DNA of 64,000 bases from the human T2T-CHM13v2.0 reference genome, Homo sapiens. Location of the stretch: NCBI RefSeq assembly GCF_009914755.1, contig NC_060926.1. One strand, given 5' to 3'. The position numbers were made by a program, and so were the translations under genes. Below are positions 37,365 through 49,528 of this stretch, one piece after another (within the stretch, counting starts at the first letter, position 1; each line of letters opens with the position of its first letter). The notes beneath the pieces were generated by a model. The model saw nothing but the letters and a program-made list of their open reading frames with translations. It did no database searches and was not told the origin of the DNA.

Positions 37365-38684
37365 AGAAAGGCAACTAGGATGAGGTTTCAAAAGACGGAA
37401 GACGACTAAATCTGCTCTAAAAAGTAAACTAGAATTTGTGCACTTGCTTAGTGGATTGTATTGGATTGTGACTTGATGTACAGCGCTAAGACCTTACTGG
37501 GATGGGCTCTGTCTACAGCAATGTGCAGAACAAGCATTCCCACTTTTCCTCAAGATAACTGACCAAGTGTTTTCTTAGAACCAAAGTTTTTAAAGTTGCT
37601 AAGATATATTTGCCTGTAAGATAGCTGTAGAGATATTTGGGGTGGGGACAGTGAGTTTGGATGGGGAAATGGGTGGGAGGGTGGTGTTGGGAAGAAAAAT
37701 TGGTCAGCTTGGCTCGGGGAGAAACCTGGTAACATAAAAGCAGTTCAGTGGCCCAGAGGTTATTTTTTTCCTATTGCTCTGAAGACTGCACTGGTTGCTG
37801 CAAAGCTCAGGCCTGAATGAGCAGGAAACAAAAAAGGCCTTGCGACCCAGCTGCCATAACCACCTTAGAACTACCAGACGAGCACATCAGAACCCTTTGA
37901 CAGCCATCCCAGGTCTAAAGCCACAAGTTTCTTTTCTATACAGTCACAACTGCAGTAGGCAGTGAGGAAGCCAGAGAAATGCGATAGCGGCATTTCTCTA
38001 AAGCGGGTTATTAAGGATATATACAGTTACACTTTTTGCTGCTTTTATTTTCTTCCAAGCCAATCAATCAGCCAGTTCCTAGCAGAGTCAGCACATGAAC
38101 AAGATCTAAGTCATTTCTTGATGTGAGCACTGGAGCTTTTTTTTTTTTACAACGTGACAGGAAGAGGAGGGAGAGGGTGACGAACACCAGGCATTTCCAG
38201 GGGCTATATTTCACTGTTTGTTGTTGCTTTGTTCTGTTATATTGTTGGTTGTTCATAGTTTTTGTTGAAGCTCTAGCTTAAGAAGAAACTTTTTTTAAAA
38301 AGACTGTTTGGGGATTCTTTTTCCTTATTATATACTGATTCTACAAAATAGAAACTACTTCATTTTAATTGTATATTATTCAAGCACCTTTGTTGAAGCT
38401 CAAAAAAAATGATGCCTCTTTAAACTTTAGCAATTATAGGAGTATTTATGTAACTATCTTATGCTTCAAAAAACAAAAGTATTTGTGTGCATGTGTATAT
38501 AATATATATATATACATATATATTTATACACATACAATTTATGTTTTCCTGTTGAATGTATTTTTATGAGATTTTAACCAGAACAAAGGCAGATAAACAG
38601 GCATTCCATAGCAGTGCTTTTGATCACTTACAAATTTTTTGAATAACACAAAATCTCATTCTACCTGCAGTTTAATTGGAAAGA

Positions 38685-38704
38685 TGTGTGTGTGAGAGTA
38701 TGTA

Positions 38705-38736
<32 letters not shown>

Positions 38737-38744
38737 CACGCACG
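38685..38744 (+). repeat. (TG)n(CG)n microsatellite in CRIM1 3'UTR
   Basis: tgtgtg...tgtgcgcgcgcacgcacg alternating purine-pyrimidine. Confidence 0.93.
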
Positions 38745-39774
38745 CCTTGAGCAGTCAGCATTGCACCTGCTATGGAGAAGGGTATTCCTTTATTAAAATC
38801 TTCCTCATTTGGATTTGCTTTCAGTTGGTTTTCAATTTGCTCACTGGCCAGAGACATTGATGGCAGTTCTTATCTGCATCACTAATCAGCTCCTGGATTT
38901 TTTTTTTTTTTTTTTCAAACAATGGTTTGAAACAACTACTGGAATATTGTCCACAATAAGCTGGAAGTTTGTTGTAGTATGCCTCAAATATAACTGACTG
39001 TATACTATAGTGGTAACTTTTCAAACAGCCCTTAGCACTTTTATACTAATTAACCCATTTGTGCATTGAGTTTTCTTTTAAAAATGCTTGTTGTGAAAGA
39101 CACAGATACCCAGTATGCTTAACGTGAAAAGAAAATGTGTTCTGTTTTGTAAAGGAACTTTCAAGTATTGTTGTAAATACTTGGACAGAGGTTGCTGAAC
39201 TTTAAAAAAAATTAATTTATTATTATAATGACCTAATTTATTAATCTGAAGATTAACCATTTTTTTGTCTTAGAATATCAAAAAGAAAAAGAAAAAGGTG
39301 TTCTAGCTGTTTGCATCAAAGGAAAAAAAGATTTATTATCAAGGGGCAATATTTTTATCTTTTCCAAAATAAATTTGTTAATGATACATTACAAAAATAG
39401 ATTGACATCAGCCTGATTAGTATAAATTTTGTTGGTAATTAATCCATTCCTGGCATAAAAAGTCTTTATCAAAAAAAATTGTAGATGCTTGCTTTTTGTT
39501 TTTTCAATCATGGCCATATTATGAAAATACTAACAGGATATAGGACAAGGTGTAAATTTTTTTATTATTATTTTAAAGATATGATTTATCCTGAGTGCTG
39601 TATCTATTACTCTTTTACTTTGGTTCCTGTTGTGCTCTTGTAAAAGAAAAATATAATTTCCTGAAGAATAAAATAGATATATGGCACTTGGAGTGCATCA
39701 TAGTTCTACAGTTTGTTTTTGTTTTCTTCAAAAAAGCTGTAAGAGAATTATCTGCAACTTGATTCTTGGCAGGA

Positions 39775-39780
39775 AATAAA
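39775..39780 (+). terminator. CRIM1: CRIM1 distal poly(A) signal AATAAA, cleavage expected ~39795-39800
   Basis: AATAAA followed ~17-21 nt later by CA dinucleotides; U-rich and UGUA elements upstream. Confidence 0.75.
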
Positions 39781-40920
39781 CATTTTGAGTTGAAATCACA
39801 CAGTGTAACTTGCAAAAAGATTCCATCTCTGAGATCCGAAAGACTTTTAAGGTTATCAGTCCAATGAACCCCTGGTGTAACAAGAAGTCCCGTGCTTTTG
39901 TCATTAGGCGGGTCTTTCCCAAGGTATCCTTGCAAAAAGAAAAGTGTCTCCCAGAGTACAGAGAATAGCGATGCTGTTTTTAGGGAGACAAGAAACCTAC
40001 CTGCTGTCAGAAACGTGCTCATAGCTGGTATCAAAATTAACTTGCTACGCACAGGAGGACTGTGGTGGGAAATCCTACAGTGGTTCGATGCTGAAGAAGA
40101 AAGACTTTACCGAGCACGATCAGGGGAAGCCTAACTGCAAAGAGACTTTTTGAGCTGACAGGAAAAAATAAATAGGTATATTTTCATACATTTTAGAAGC
40201 ATCAATTTAAGAATGAGCTATAAACAGACCAATGTTGAATCTCCTTTAAAAAAATATATCCCCCTAAGGACTTTCTACTATATCATATACCCTTTAAAGC
40301 TACATTTCTTCAGTACAAGGCGTCATTTTTACAAATTCAAATTAATTTAAATTATTAATATTACTGTGTAAGTACATGTATCTGGGGAAAGGGCCAGTAA
40401 GTTCCAAATAAGAACATTAATAAAACAAGGAAACCATCTCGAGTTTCTCATACCCCTAGAGATGATGGCTGAAATGCCAAGCAGGCATTAAACTTCAAAC
40501 CGCGCCCCTGCCTTTGCAGTCATGGTGTCTCAGTTGCTGAGTGGAGTGAGGAATATGTTAGCCCTGTTTGTTTTGCTCACAGGTGTTTAAGTGGAATTGT
40601 GAAAGCCGCCTGTAGCAGGTCCTATATAGACTCTTAATTCATTCATGTCGTCTATGGGAGGGGTCTGCATGGCTGTTTTTGAAATGTCTCACAGCCCCAG
40701 AAAAAGAGCAGGACTTACTTCTGTCATTCCACAGCAGCTCAGCATACTCTAATAAACGTCCTCCTCTTCCCCTTCGTAGCATTCTGGGACTAATCAGGGT
40801 TTCATCTGCTCACATATTGTAGCGATGGGTTCTGTGTGGAATTAAGGGAAAGAATCTAGCACTGTAAGGAAAAAAAAAATACAACACAAAACTCCCAAAT
40901 ATAAGGCTCTCAAACATGTA

Positions 40921-41825
40921 TTTTTACTTCTTAAAAAATTTATTAAATGCCATTGATTTGACTGGAACCAGCAAAAGTGCTCATGATATTGATGAATCCA
41001 TAAGTAGCTGTATCTAGAATTCATACTTAAGAAAAACACACAGGCATGAATAAAATAGGACACAGTAATGAGAATGGGCAGTTCTGCAGTGTACACTTTC
41101 TCAAGCACCTCAGAGGACACACACTTAAAGTACAATTCTTCACAGACACATGAAGCAGAACATTTGAAAATCAAAACTTAAATACAAGATTCTAAAAGTG
41201 AATGGCAATTTAATGGTTAAAATTTGACCAGTGGTGAAACAAGCAGCAAGCTACAAAATCCATCACCACCAACAGTTTCAATGTTAGCACTAAGTATTAA
41301 ACCAAAGTAATGCATATTCTGGTTTTGCTTCTTCAAGAACAGCCCGTTTATTCTGTTTCAATCTCTCTGAACAATACTGGTAGGTAATAGTTACACTGAC
41401 AATTCTCACAAAAAAACAGTGTTGGTTCTTGCCATCACTGAATTTATAGTATAAATCTCCCAAGGCTTTAATCTAGTTCATCAGTGCAGTTTAGATAAGA
41501 AAGCCATAAAAACAAATGGGCATACTGTCAGTTAATGAGAAATACAACTGCACATGCACAATTAATATTACTCTCTCTTAATCTACTAAGAGAACAGTTT
41601 ATTAGTAGATTTAACAAAAACCATCTCTAGAATTCAAAATAGTGCCCATATTTCCGTTGGTTCTATAATATAAAGAATTAGTGTAGTCAAGATCTGTTAA
41701 TACTGAATCAAACCCAAGTTCAAATGTGCTGAGTTTCCAATAGCAAGAAGGGTAATGGTAGCCAGCTCTCAGAATAATGCTGTCGGAAATCTAGCTTGGA
41801 GCCCACCGCAGATAAAGTTGCTGCT
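40921..41825 (-). other. FEZ2: FEZ2 3'UTR (end approximate)
   Basis: between FEZ2 TAG and the distal AATAAA. Confidence 0.75.
40939..40944 (-). terminator. FEZ2: FEZ2 distal poly(A) signal AATAAA (TTTATT on +), cleavage ~40920
   Basis: minus-strand hexamer followed by a U/GU-rich downstream element (rc of 40865-40890: ttttgtgttgtattttttttt); more proximal AATAAA at 41347 and 41598. Confidence 0.75.
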
Positions 41826-41842
41826 CTATGTAGGACACAGAA
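41826..41842 (-). CDS. FEZ2: FEZ2 terminal coding segment (V)LCPT*
   Basis: minus strand ctctttttcttctag|TT CTG TGT CCT ACA TAG; completes the FEZ/UNC-76 family C-terminus ILKVLCPT. Confidence 0.93.
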
Positions 41843-44345
41843 CTAGAAGAAAAAGAGAACTTTTAGCTACAAATGTATATTTTGTATACATTTACACAAA
41901 ACATACATTTTACATGTACATTTAAAAACCATTAAGTAATGAGAACTAAATGTTAATGCAAAGATCTATGTAGCAATTTTTTAAAGGTTTTAAGAGGCTA
42001 TACCCAACAAGGATGAGTTCTCTCAACACACATTAGAATTTCCCAGAAATGAGATACCAAAAGGCCATGTCTCTTAGGGTGCCACTTGGAGATAGAAGCC
42101 CCTAACATTCGCCCTATACCATGAGGCTTGTGACACAACAAACAGGATCCCTAGGGAAGTCAAAGAAGGGTGCAAGTTTCTGCACACATTTTTATTCCTA
42201 ACTAGCAGCACGGCAGCAGCCACGCGTACATTACTTCAGAATCAGCCTTGGGTACTACTGTCAAGGCAGCAGTGGCGGCAGGCTGCAGTGGGGTCATTAG
42301 GCAGGTGCGAGAAAGAGAAGCTCAATTAGCCCATACAGTGCCCACCCTACTCCCTTTTCTCAGGCCAAATGAGACCACTTTTCTACCTTCTTTCACTTCT
42401 GACATTTGCATTAAAACTAAGTGGTGTATTTAGGCAGCCAAGCCACACTCTCATCTGTGTTAAAACAACAACAAACCACCCAAAAAAGGGGAAGGAGTAT
42501 TCTCCCCTTGAGCAATATCCCCCTCCCGGGCAAAGTGTCGTATTATTGGTCCCCAAGGAAGAGGAACAGTTAACCAGCTGTGAACTTTCAGGATGGGTGG
42601 AAAAGAGCATTTTCAATGACCCGACTTCCCCACCTTCCCACACACATTTGGGTAAATACATCTCCACATTGCACTCCCGTCTTCATTTTCTCTGACTACA
42701 GTCTCCACTGTAGTCTAAATCCTTGCTGCTTTTCCACCCAGTCCTCACAATACAAAGCCAAGACAAAACCACAACACATGCACACAGACAGCTCATCAGA
42801 AGCAGGTACAGTATAGATAGAACTGGGCTTACAGACAGGAGCCAGCGGCCCGAGCATGAGGAGCAGAATTAGATGGGTGCTGCTTCCCTAAGGCATGCGG
42901 TATAGGTAGGTTCACAATTATAGTCCTAGGTTTTCAGAGTAAAGAATTAAAAATCATTTTTCCCCAGAGGACTCTGTTCTTTGGGTCATAACATCCTTCC
43001 ATGCAGTTAAATGCTAAAATAGCTAGAGAATGCTTCAGAAGCTCATTCTATCTCTGGCCCTCATAGAGGCCTAGGAACCCGATATAATTAAAATTTAAGA
43101 CATGTTCTTTATGTTCGTCTCATTCCTGTTTCACATCTAGAAGAACGAACCTCAGAACAATCCAGCTTTCATACCAATGCTAGCACAACACAAAAGCAAA
43201 CAAAGATGTCAGGTATTAAAAAAAAAATTTTTCAGAATTTTATAGGGAGAAAAAGTCCTCCATCAGAAAAAAAGCTTATTTTTTAAAATGATGTCAACTC
43301 AGTCTGTTCTACTCCAGTGTCAACCCACTAGTGTCTAGCTCATGCTTCTTACTCTCACCGCATCAAGACTCTTACAAGTGAAATGTGTGATTCACTTTGA
43401 GCACCCTGTGTATACTACTGAGGTTCCCCTTTCATGACACTATGGTTTAAGAAAAGACCATCAGAGGTTTCTAATGTCTCAGAAATCTTCATCTTCCTTG
43501 TGCTCAGCTAACTTTAATGGAGAAGAGAGAGAACCCAGAGAAGAAGACTGTTACTAGAAGAGGATTGCTCTCAAAATTTGATCAAACACTACAAAGATGC
43601 ATTTTGTGATGCTTTCAAAATCTGGTCCCTGAATACCTGCTACTTTAAAAAAATATTTCATCGTAAAGTATTAATTTTGCCTCTAATTAAGTTCTTCCGT
43701 CCCTTCTTTATCATCCAAACTTTGCTCTTTTCTCGGCAAAGCAACTCAACCTCTCACTCTTCTTTTGCCTCATCAATATTCCCACCCTGTGTGAGCCTCA
43801 CCTTGCCTCTAAGATTTGTGGCTGCTTTTTCACTTTCCTGGGTTTATGCAAGTCCATTCTTTTTATTTCCCCGCTTCCCTCCCTGTGTCTTACATCAGTC
43901 CCTTTCGTATTCCCTTTGGCACTGTTCACAGATGTGACTCTTCCTTCCTTCATCCGTCCTCACTAATGATCTGTCCTCCTTTCCACTGTCCTCAAGATGA
44001 CAGAGACCACCCTTCTCAAATTTCCCAGTGCCAATCTGCCAACATCTGATACCCACATGATTATGGTGCCATCTCACTAATTTTCTTCTACTACCTCTCT
44101 TGATGTTTATAGTTTAACTGTGGAGATTATTTCCAACCCAGAACCTCCAATAAAACTTAAATTATATAAAACCATGATATATAATGTTGGTAGAAGTCAG
44201 TCATGTAGCTAATCCTCACCCTGCATAATAAGATTAATGAAAGTTGTGCATTGGGAAGTTACTGTCTAATGTATTAGCAAGGCGATGTATTTACTGACTA
44301 ATCCAAACCTCCCAGCCATCGCACCTATACCATTATAAAACTCAC

Positions 44346-44411
44346 CTTTCAGAATATAATCAGTTAACAAGCTCGGAACTTTTTCACTGTCCTCCTTCAT
44401 GGCACGAAGAA
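44346..44411 (-). CDS. FEZ2: FEZ2 penultimate exon (I)LRAMKEDSEKVPSLLTDYILK
   Basis: attttgcag|TT acceptor, AAAG|gtgagt donor; 66 nt, phase 1-1; conserved FEZ motif LLTDYILK. Confidence 0.95.
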
Positions 44412-45204
44412 CTGCAAAATAGAAGAGGGGAAAAAAGACAACAATTAAAAATTTAGATCAAAAATATTATTTAATTTCAATCATTGTGGCCTTAATCTTC
44501 CTTAATTATAGGATATAACTGACTCATACAAATTATAGGTGATTTTCCTGATAAGGGGATACAACAATAAAGGCCCAATAATTTATTTTAGTGGAGTAAG
44601 TCCACAAGAATTTATTTTCGGTAAGAATATCCCACTTACCTGAGAGTTGCTTCCCTGATTTAAAATTTCCAAACAGTGGAGACAAAAAAAGAGGAACTGG
44701 GTTATTTACAAGGAGCCTTCGCTCTGTAATAATACCGGAAAGTGGGTTACTATAATGTGCACCTCAATGAACTCTGTGCAGCAAGAAAACCTCAGTGCTG
44801 CAGATCAAGCAAACTAGAGAAACTCTTAAAGAAATGGACAGCTATACCCTCCAACAAGCGTATCCTGTCAGACTCCTTAGAAACTTTCAAAGAAAAGACC
44901 CAAATGAAGAACAGACTTCCATGAAGCAGCATCGGGCATCTGCCTGGCTGTTGCCTCCTCTGCACTAGGGAGAAACCTGGGAGAATTAGCCTCATTCTAA
45001 TTTGACAAATTTATCTTCTAAGTAAAAACTAAAATAGAAAAAGCAGCCACCTAGTATAACGTTTTTCTTTTTTAAGCTAGACCATTCAGGTTGAGATAAA
45101 CTCACAAATATTATACTTTAACAGAGATTGCCAACTCAAATTTTCTCCAAAGCATCCTGGTAAAAATATTTCACTGTTTTTCCCCACCAATACGACAAGG
45201 CAAA

Positions 45205-45440
45205 ATAGTGTAACTGTCAAATCAGCCTTCCTGGGTTTAAACCCTGGCTCTGCCACTTCCTAATTGTGTGACGCTGAGCAAGCTACTTAACCACTTTTGC
45301 ACCAAGCTCTTCATCTGTGAAATGAGAATAATAATTAGATTTAATCTCAAAGGTTTGTTATGAGGACTAAGCTACTAATTCAGATATAAAGGTCATATCA
45401 TAGTGCCTGGCACATAGTACATGCTATGTATTAACTGTAA
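45205..45440 (+). mobile_element. MIR SINE
   Basis: ctgggttt..a.cctggctctgccactt...tgtgtgac..tgagcaag.tacttaacc...catctgtgaaatg...tagtgcctggcacatagta. Confidence 0.85.
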
Positions 45441-47100
45441 CTAACACTACTCAAATTATTTAAATTTTTATTAACTATTATTATTGCACCCAAAATCCCC
45501 TAATAGCTTTTATCAGGAAGACTATATATCCATAAACACTGTGACTGTCTCCACAGGGCTCTTCTTTTGGAAAGAAAAGGAGCTTTGGACCCAAATATGT
45601 CCAGAGATTCCAAACTGTGACAACCTATAAAGACATCTCGATGCTGGAATTATGATGACTTTAGTTTGACCAATGAAGTATTTGTTCTTGATCTGAGAAG
45701 CTGAGGCCTGCCAGTAATTCCTGGCTTATGAGCAATATTTATGTTCCCTTCTTTAGAGGGCTACCATGTTCAGTATTTCTGCTTCCAATCATGTTTAAAA
45801 TTTTTTCTAACTTCTAAATAAAATCACATACCAAAAACCAGCATCATTAAAAGTATAATTGCCTGGGAATTAAGAGATCCAGCTCTGTAACTAACCATCC
45901 CCCTGTGTGATCTTGGACACATATAACTTAAGTTCTTCCTGAAAATAAGAGGGCTAGCTACCCAGTTAATCTCTTGATTTTTTATTTCAGACTGGCTGGC
46001 ATCACTTGATTTATCCATATTTAAATATAAAATTTTTAAAGAATTATTCACCAAAGGAAAGAATAAAAGCTCCAAGTTAGCAGGCAGGGAGCTAAGAAAT
46101 AAGACACTTGCTTCTACTCTTAGGTTTTCCTTGCCCATTCCTCTTAAATTTCCAAAATAAGTATCATCATCCATACTCATCCATGTGATGCTCTTTCATT
46201 TGGTTCCCCCCTAATTAGCAAGTATCATAAATATTTACCATAACAAAGACCTAACAGATCAGCAAATTCAATCCCTCCATTTTAACGGCTAATTGATAGT
46301 AACTTAGCCAAAATCATACATATATTAATCTATTTACTGTGAGGTAAATAGAACAAATATTTTTTATCCTAGTTTTTCAATGTAAGCAAAAGAGAGTAAG
46401 TAACTTCCAAGGATATCCCTGAAAATAACAGGGATAGAACCAGAATTCAAGGCTCATTTGCGGCCATCATAAGAGATACTCAATATCATGTATATTTAAA
46501 TCTAACAATTTTTTTTTTAAGGCAAGCCCCTTGAAGGTGCATTATCTTTGTCTGCTTTGTTCACTAAAGTATCCCAAGTGCCCAGATCATGGCCTGGTAC
46601 AGAGTAGGCCTTCACTAAATATTTGCTGAATGAATGCATGTTCTTAAAACATCACTGTCAATTTATGTTCTACCTATAACTACTACCTCGGGTTCTACAT
46701 TCATAAGAAATAAAAAGTGTTTACCGTAAATCTTTCCTATTCAGTTACTGACAATCATAGATATATAAGATCCATAAGGAATTTTATTTATGATAAATGG
46801 ATATGTTCTTAAACATGTAAGAGATGATGGAGATTTAGGTTATGCTTTTTCCCAAAATTTTAGCTCATAAATATTTCACAAGGTAAGAAAAACAGAAAAA
46901 GTACAAATCAACACTAGAGTTACTGTTGTATTTAATGTCACAGCCATTTTTGGCTTCATTCTTATAAAAATAAACAATTATATGCATCATTTACATCCTA
47001 AACTGACAAAACACTAACAACAAAATCAGCCAACTAAAGTCAGGTGTTTACCAATCAGCAAAAGGAAATCAGGTAATAGTTTCATTTTGTCTTTGCTCAC

Positions 47101-47176
47101 TTTTTGTTAATATTTGAAGATCTTCAACAGACGGTGGTCCGTTTTTTTTCTCATAAGGAATGACTGTAGTCAAATA
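47101..47176 (-). CDS. FEZ2: FEZ2 exon YLTTVIPYEKKNGPPSVEDLQILTK
   Basis: cttggcag|TAT acceptor, AAAA|gtgagc donor; 76 nt, phase 0-1; FEZ motif TVIPY. Confidence 0.95.
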
Positions 47177-49447
47177 CTGCCAAGTTTAAAAAAAAAAAGT
47201 GTCACTTAAATCGGAATTACCTTATCTGCAAAAAATTTGATACTGTTACTAGAAGGTCTATCTGATAATATAAAACACAAGCTACTTTGGTAATGAAAAC
47301 ACAGGTATTGTATGGGAATAAAGTTATCTTACTATCTCAGATGGAGCTCATTTTTTTTTGCCCACCTCTATTTGCTTCATACAAACCTAATGTCAACAGA
47401 AACAACCACCTTTTTGCATTTCAGTTATTGAAAATTTCATAGGACTAAGTCTGAGGATGGTTTACTCAATTTGTTCATTTTTAAAGTGAAGTATTATCTC
47501 ACATTCTACTTGCATATTTTTCAACACATTTTAAAAATAGCAATTTAAACTAAAAACATAGTTTTAACAGTTCTGCACAATAAAGTAATTTCCAACAGCA
47601 AAATAATTCTGTTTCAGACCATTTTTATTCTGGTTGAACAAATGGTCCACATATATAACATGACAACTTTGAAAAACACACACTAGCTTCTTTCAGAAGC
47701 TAACAAAGACACACTTAAATCGTTTTAGAAATGCGTTACTATTATTTTAAATTATTGGGTAAGTCATTGTAAACGTTTTTAGGCATTAAAGGAGAAAAGT
47801 TAAAGTAGAGAATGGCCTAAGGGGAAATGAATAATGAAAATTAATGTCTGAAATTGAGATAAACTTCCTAGTTCACTACTTGTAAAGGCTCACAAGTAAC
47901 AGCGCCATGTCTTTTAACTAATCCCATGAAAGCATAATCCATAAATGATTGTCCAGATTTTCCTGTTCTTACCATCCCACCAAAAAAATAGTTCCGTGCA
48001 TTTCACATATGCTCATATAGAAAGCCAGTGGTTTTTACCTGGAATCTCTTAGCTCCACCCATTATTTAACCTCGTGCCCTAAATCTCAGCTCTGTGGCTA
48101 ATCCTCACTGAGTGATCTTATCCTGCCCATAACTGAAAAACAGGATAAAGAAAGCTGCTTTACAGTAACTGGATCCCTAAGTCCAGAAAAGTGGTAAAAC
48201 TGCATAGTTCAATCTCTGAGACACGTTAAGTGTCCCACCGTCTTTTTGACGTAGACTTCTTGCAGGTGATGCCCAATTGTATAATCGAATGTTTCTTTGT
48301 AAAGAACAACAACAACAAAAGGCCAGAAATGATGTCCTCCTGGCTTCACTCTGCATGTGTGAGGCAACCTGGAGAGGCACCAGGCGGCTGCACCCTGGCC
48401 CGCTCTCTGGCTACCTGGCTGCATCTTCAGGCCTCCCTGCTCCACTGACAGTCTGGAAGATTCCTTGTCTTCTTTTGAGGTTGAGAGAGGTGAGAGGCAA
48501 CGGAATGAAAACAAAAACTCAAACATCCCTTCATGGAGCTCATTGATGAGCTGCAAATGTCAGTGTGAGGCTTCCCTCTTTAATAGGAATGATCTCCCTT
48601 CCGGAGAAACACTTAACTACCTGCAGTAAAAACTCCAGGCATTTGATCTAGGCGTTCTTTTGCTAAACTTCCTACAAGCTACATTTTGTACACCTTCTTA
48701 ATCTGCACAGAAGAGCTAACTTAAAGACTTTTCTTTTTCAAGGTGAAAATTTCATATAGTGAAAGGTAATTTTAAGCATACCCATTAATGTGAATGTTTC
48801 CCATGTTCATGATATTCCTTCAATCATTATACAAAAATGTGAATAAAAAGCAAATTGCTAGATACTTGATTATATATTCATATCTGTGTATAATTTTGTA
48901 TAAATAATGTCGCATGCCTCGTTTGGCAGACAACTGAGTTGGCTGACTATGCAATACACCTTAAAAACACATGAATTTCATTTAAAGGAGGTAAGATACA
49001 CTCTATACATATTTTTGACCTAGAACTCTAGTCTCAAACATACCGACATCTGGCCTTCTTCCCCCAAAAATGACATCTTGCGACTTAGACTTTTAGAATT
49101 AGAGTCACATATTTTAGTTTAGTTATTTTCACAAGCAGATTTTCTACACATGCAATACATTATGTTAAAATGTTAATATTTGTTTAAAACTAAGAGTGAA
49201 AAATGGAGCTATAAAACACGTCTTAAGAATGCATTTAATCTATTGTCGAATTTGAAAAATGCTTTTTCCTCAAAGGGAAATTCTGTTCATTATCAAGACT
49301 ATAAATATAATGAACTTTTATAATAAACTTTTATTTCTCTCGTTAAGCAATGGTCTTAGTAAATTAGTAAACTACCAGCTTTCAGGATCTTCACTTACAC
49401 AGAAAATGAAAAAGCAGAGAATGAGGAAAATAAGGATAACCGAGCAC

Positions 49448-49528
49448 CTGTTTCTCTCCACCTGAATTTCCAAAGGTGTGGCGGAGGCCATTCTGAATGA
49501 CATTTGAGATCCCTTCCATGCTGAAGCG
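49448..49528 (-). CDS. FEZ2: FEZ2 81-nt in-frame cassette exon RFSMEGISNVIQNGLRHTFGNSGGEKQ
   Basis: cctttag|CGC acceptor, CAG|gtgctc donor; 27 codons, phase 0-0, no stop; resembles the FEZ1 segment RFSMEGISNILQ as I recall it. Confidence 0.88.

Larger units (their letters stand above)
37365..39798 (+). other. CRIM1: CRIM1 3'UTR (3' end approximate)
   Basis: follows the stop codon; AU/U-rich, no obvious interspersed repeats; AATAAA at 39368, 39667 and 39775. Confidence 0.8.

Noticed and set aside
37350-37370. PDZ-binding motif or stop read-through at the CRIM1 C-terminus
   Set aside because: YQTV has Q at position -2, so it is not a canonical class I motif, and the TGA-AGA context is not the TGA-CTAG read-through signal.
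40496-40522. CTCF-like motif (rc GGCAGGGGCGCGG) between the convergent genes
   Set aside because: Lacks the CCAC/CCAG core spacing; cannot be called without a PWM scan or ChIP data.
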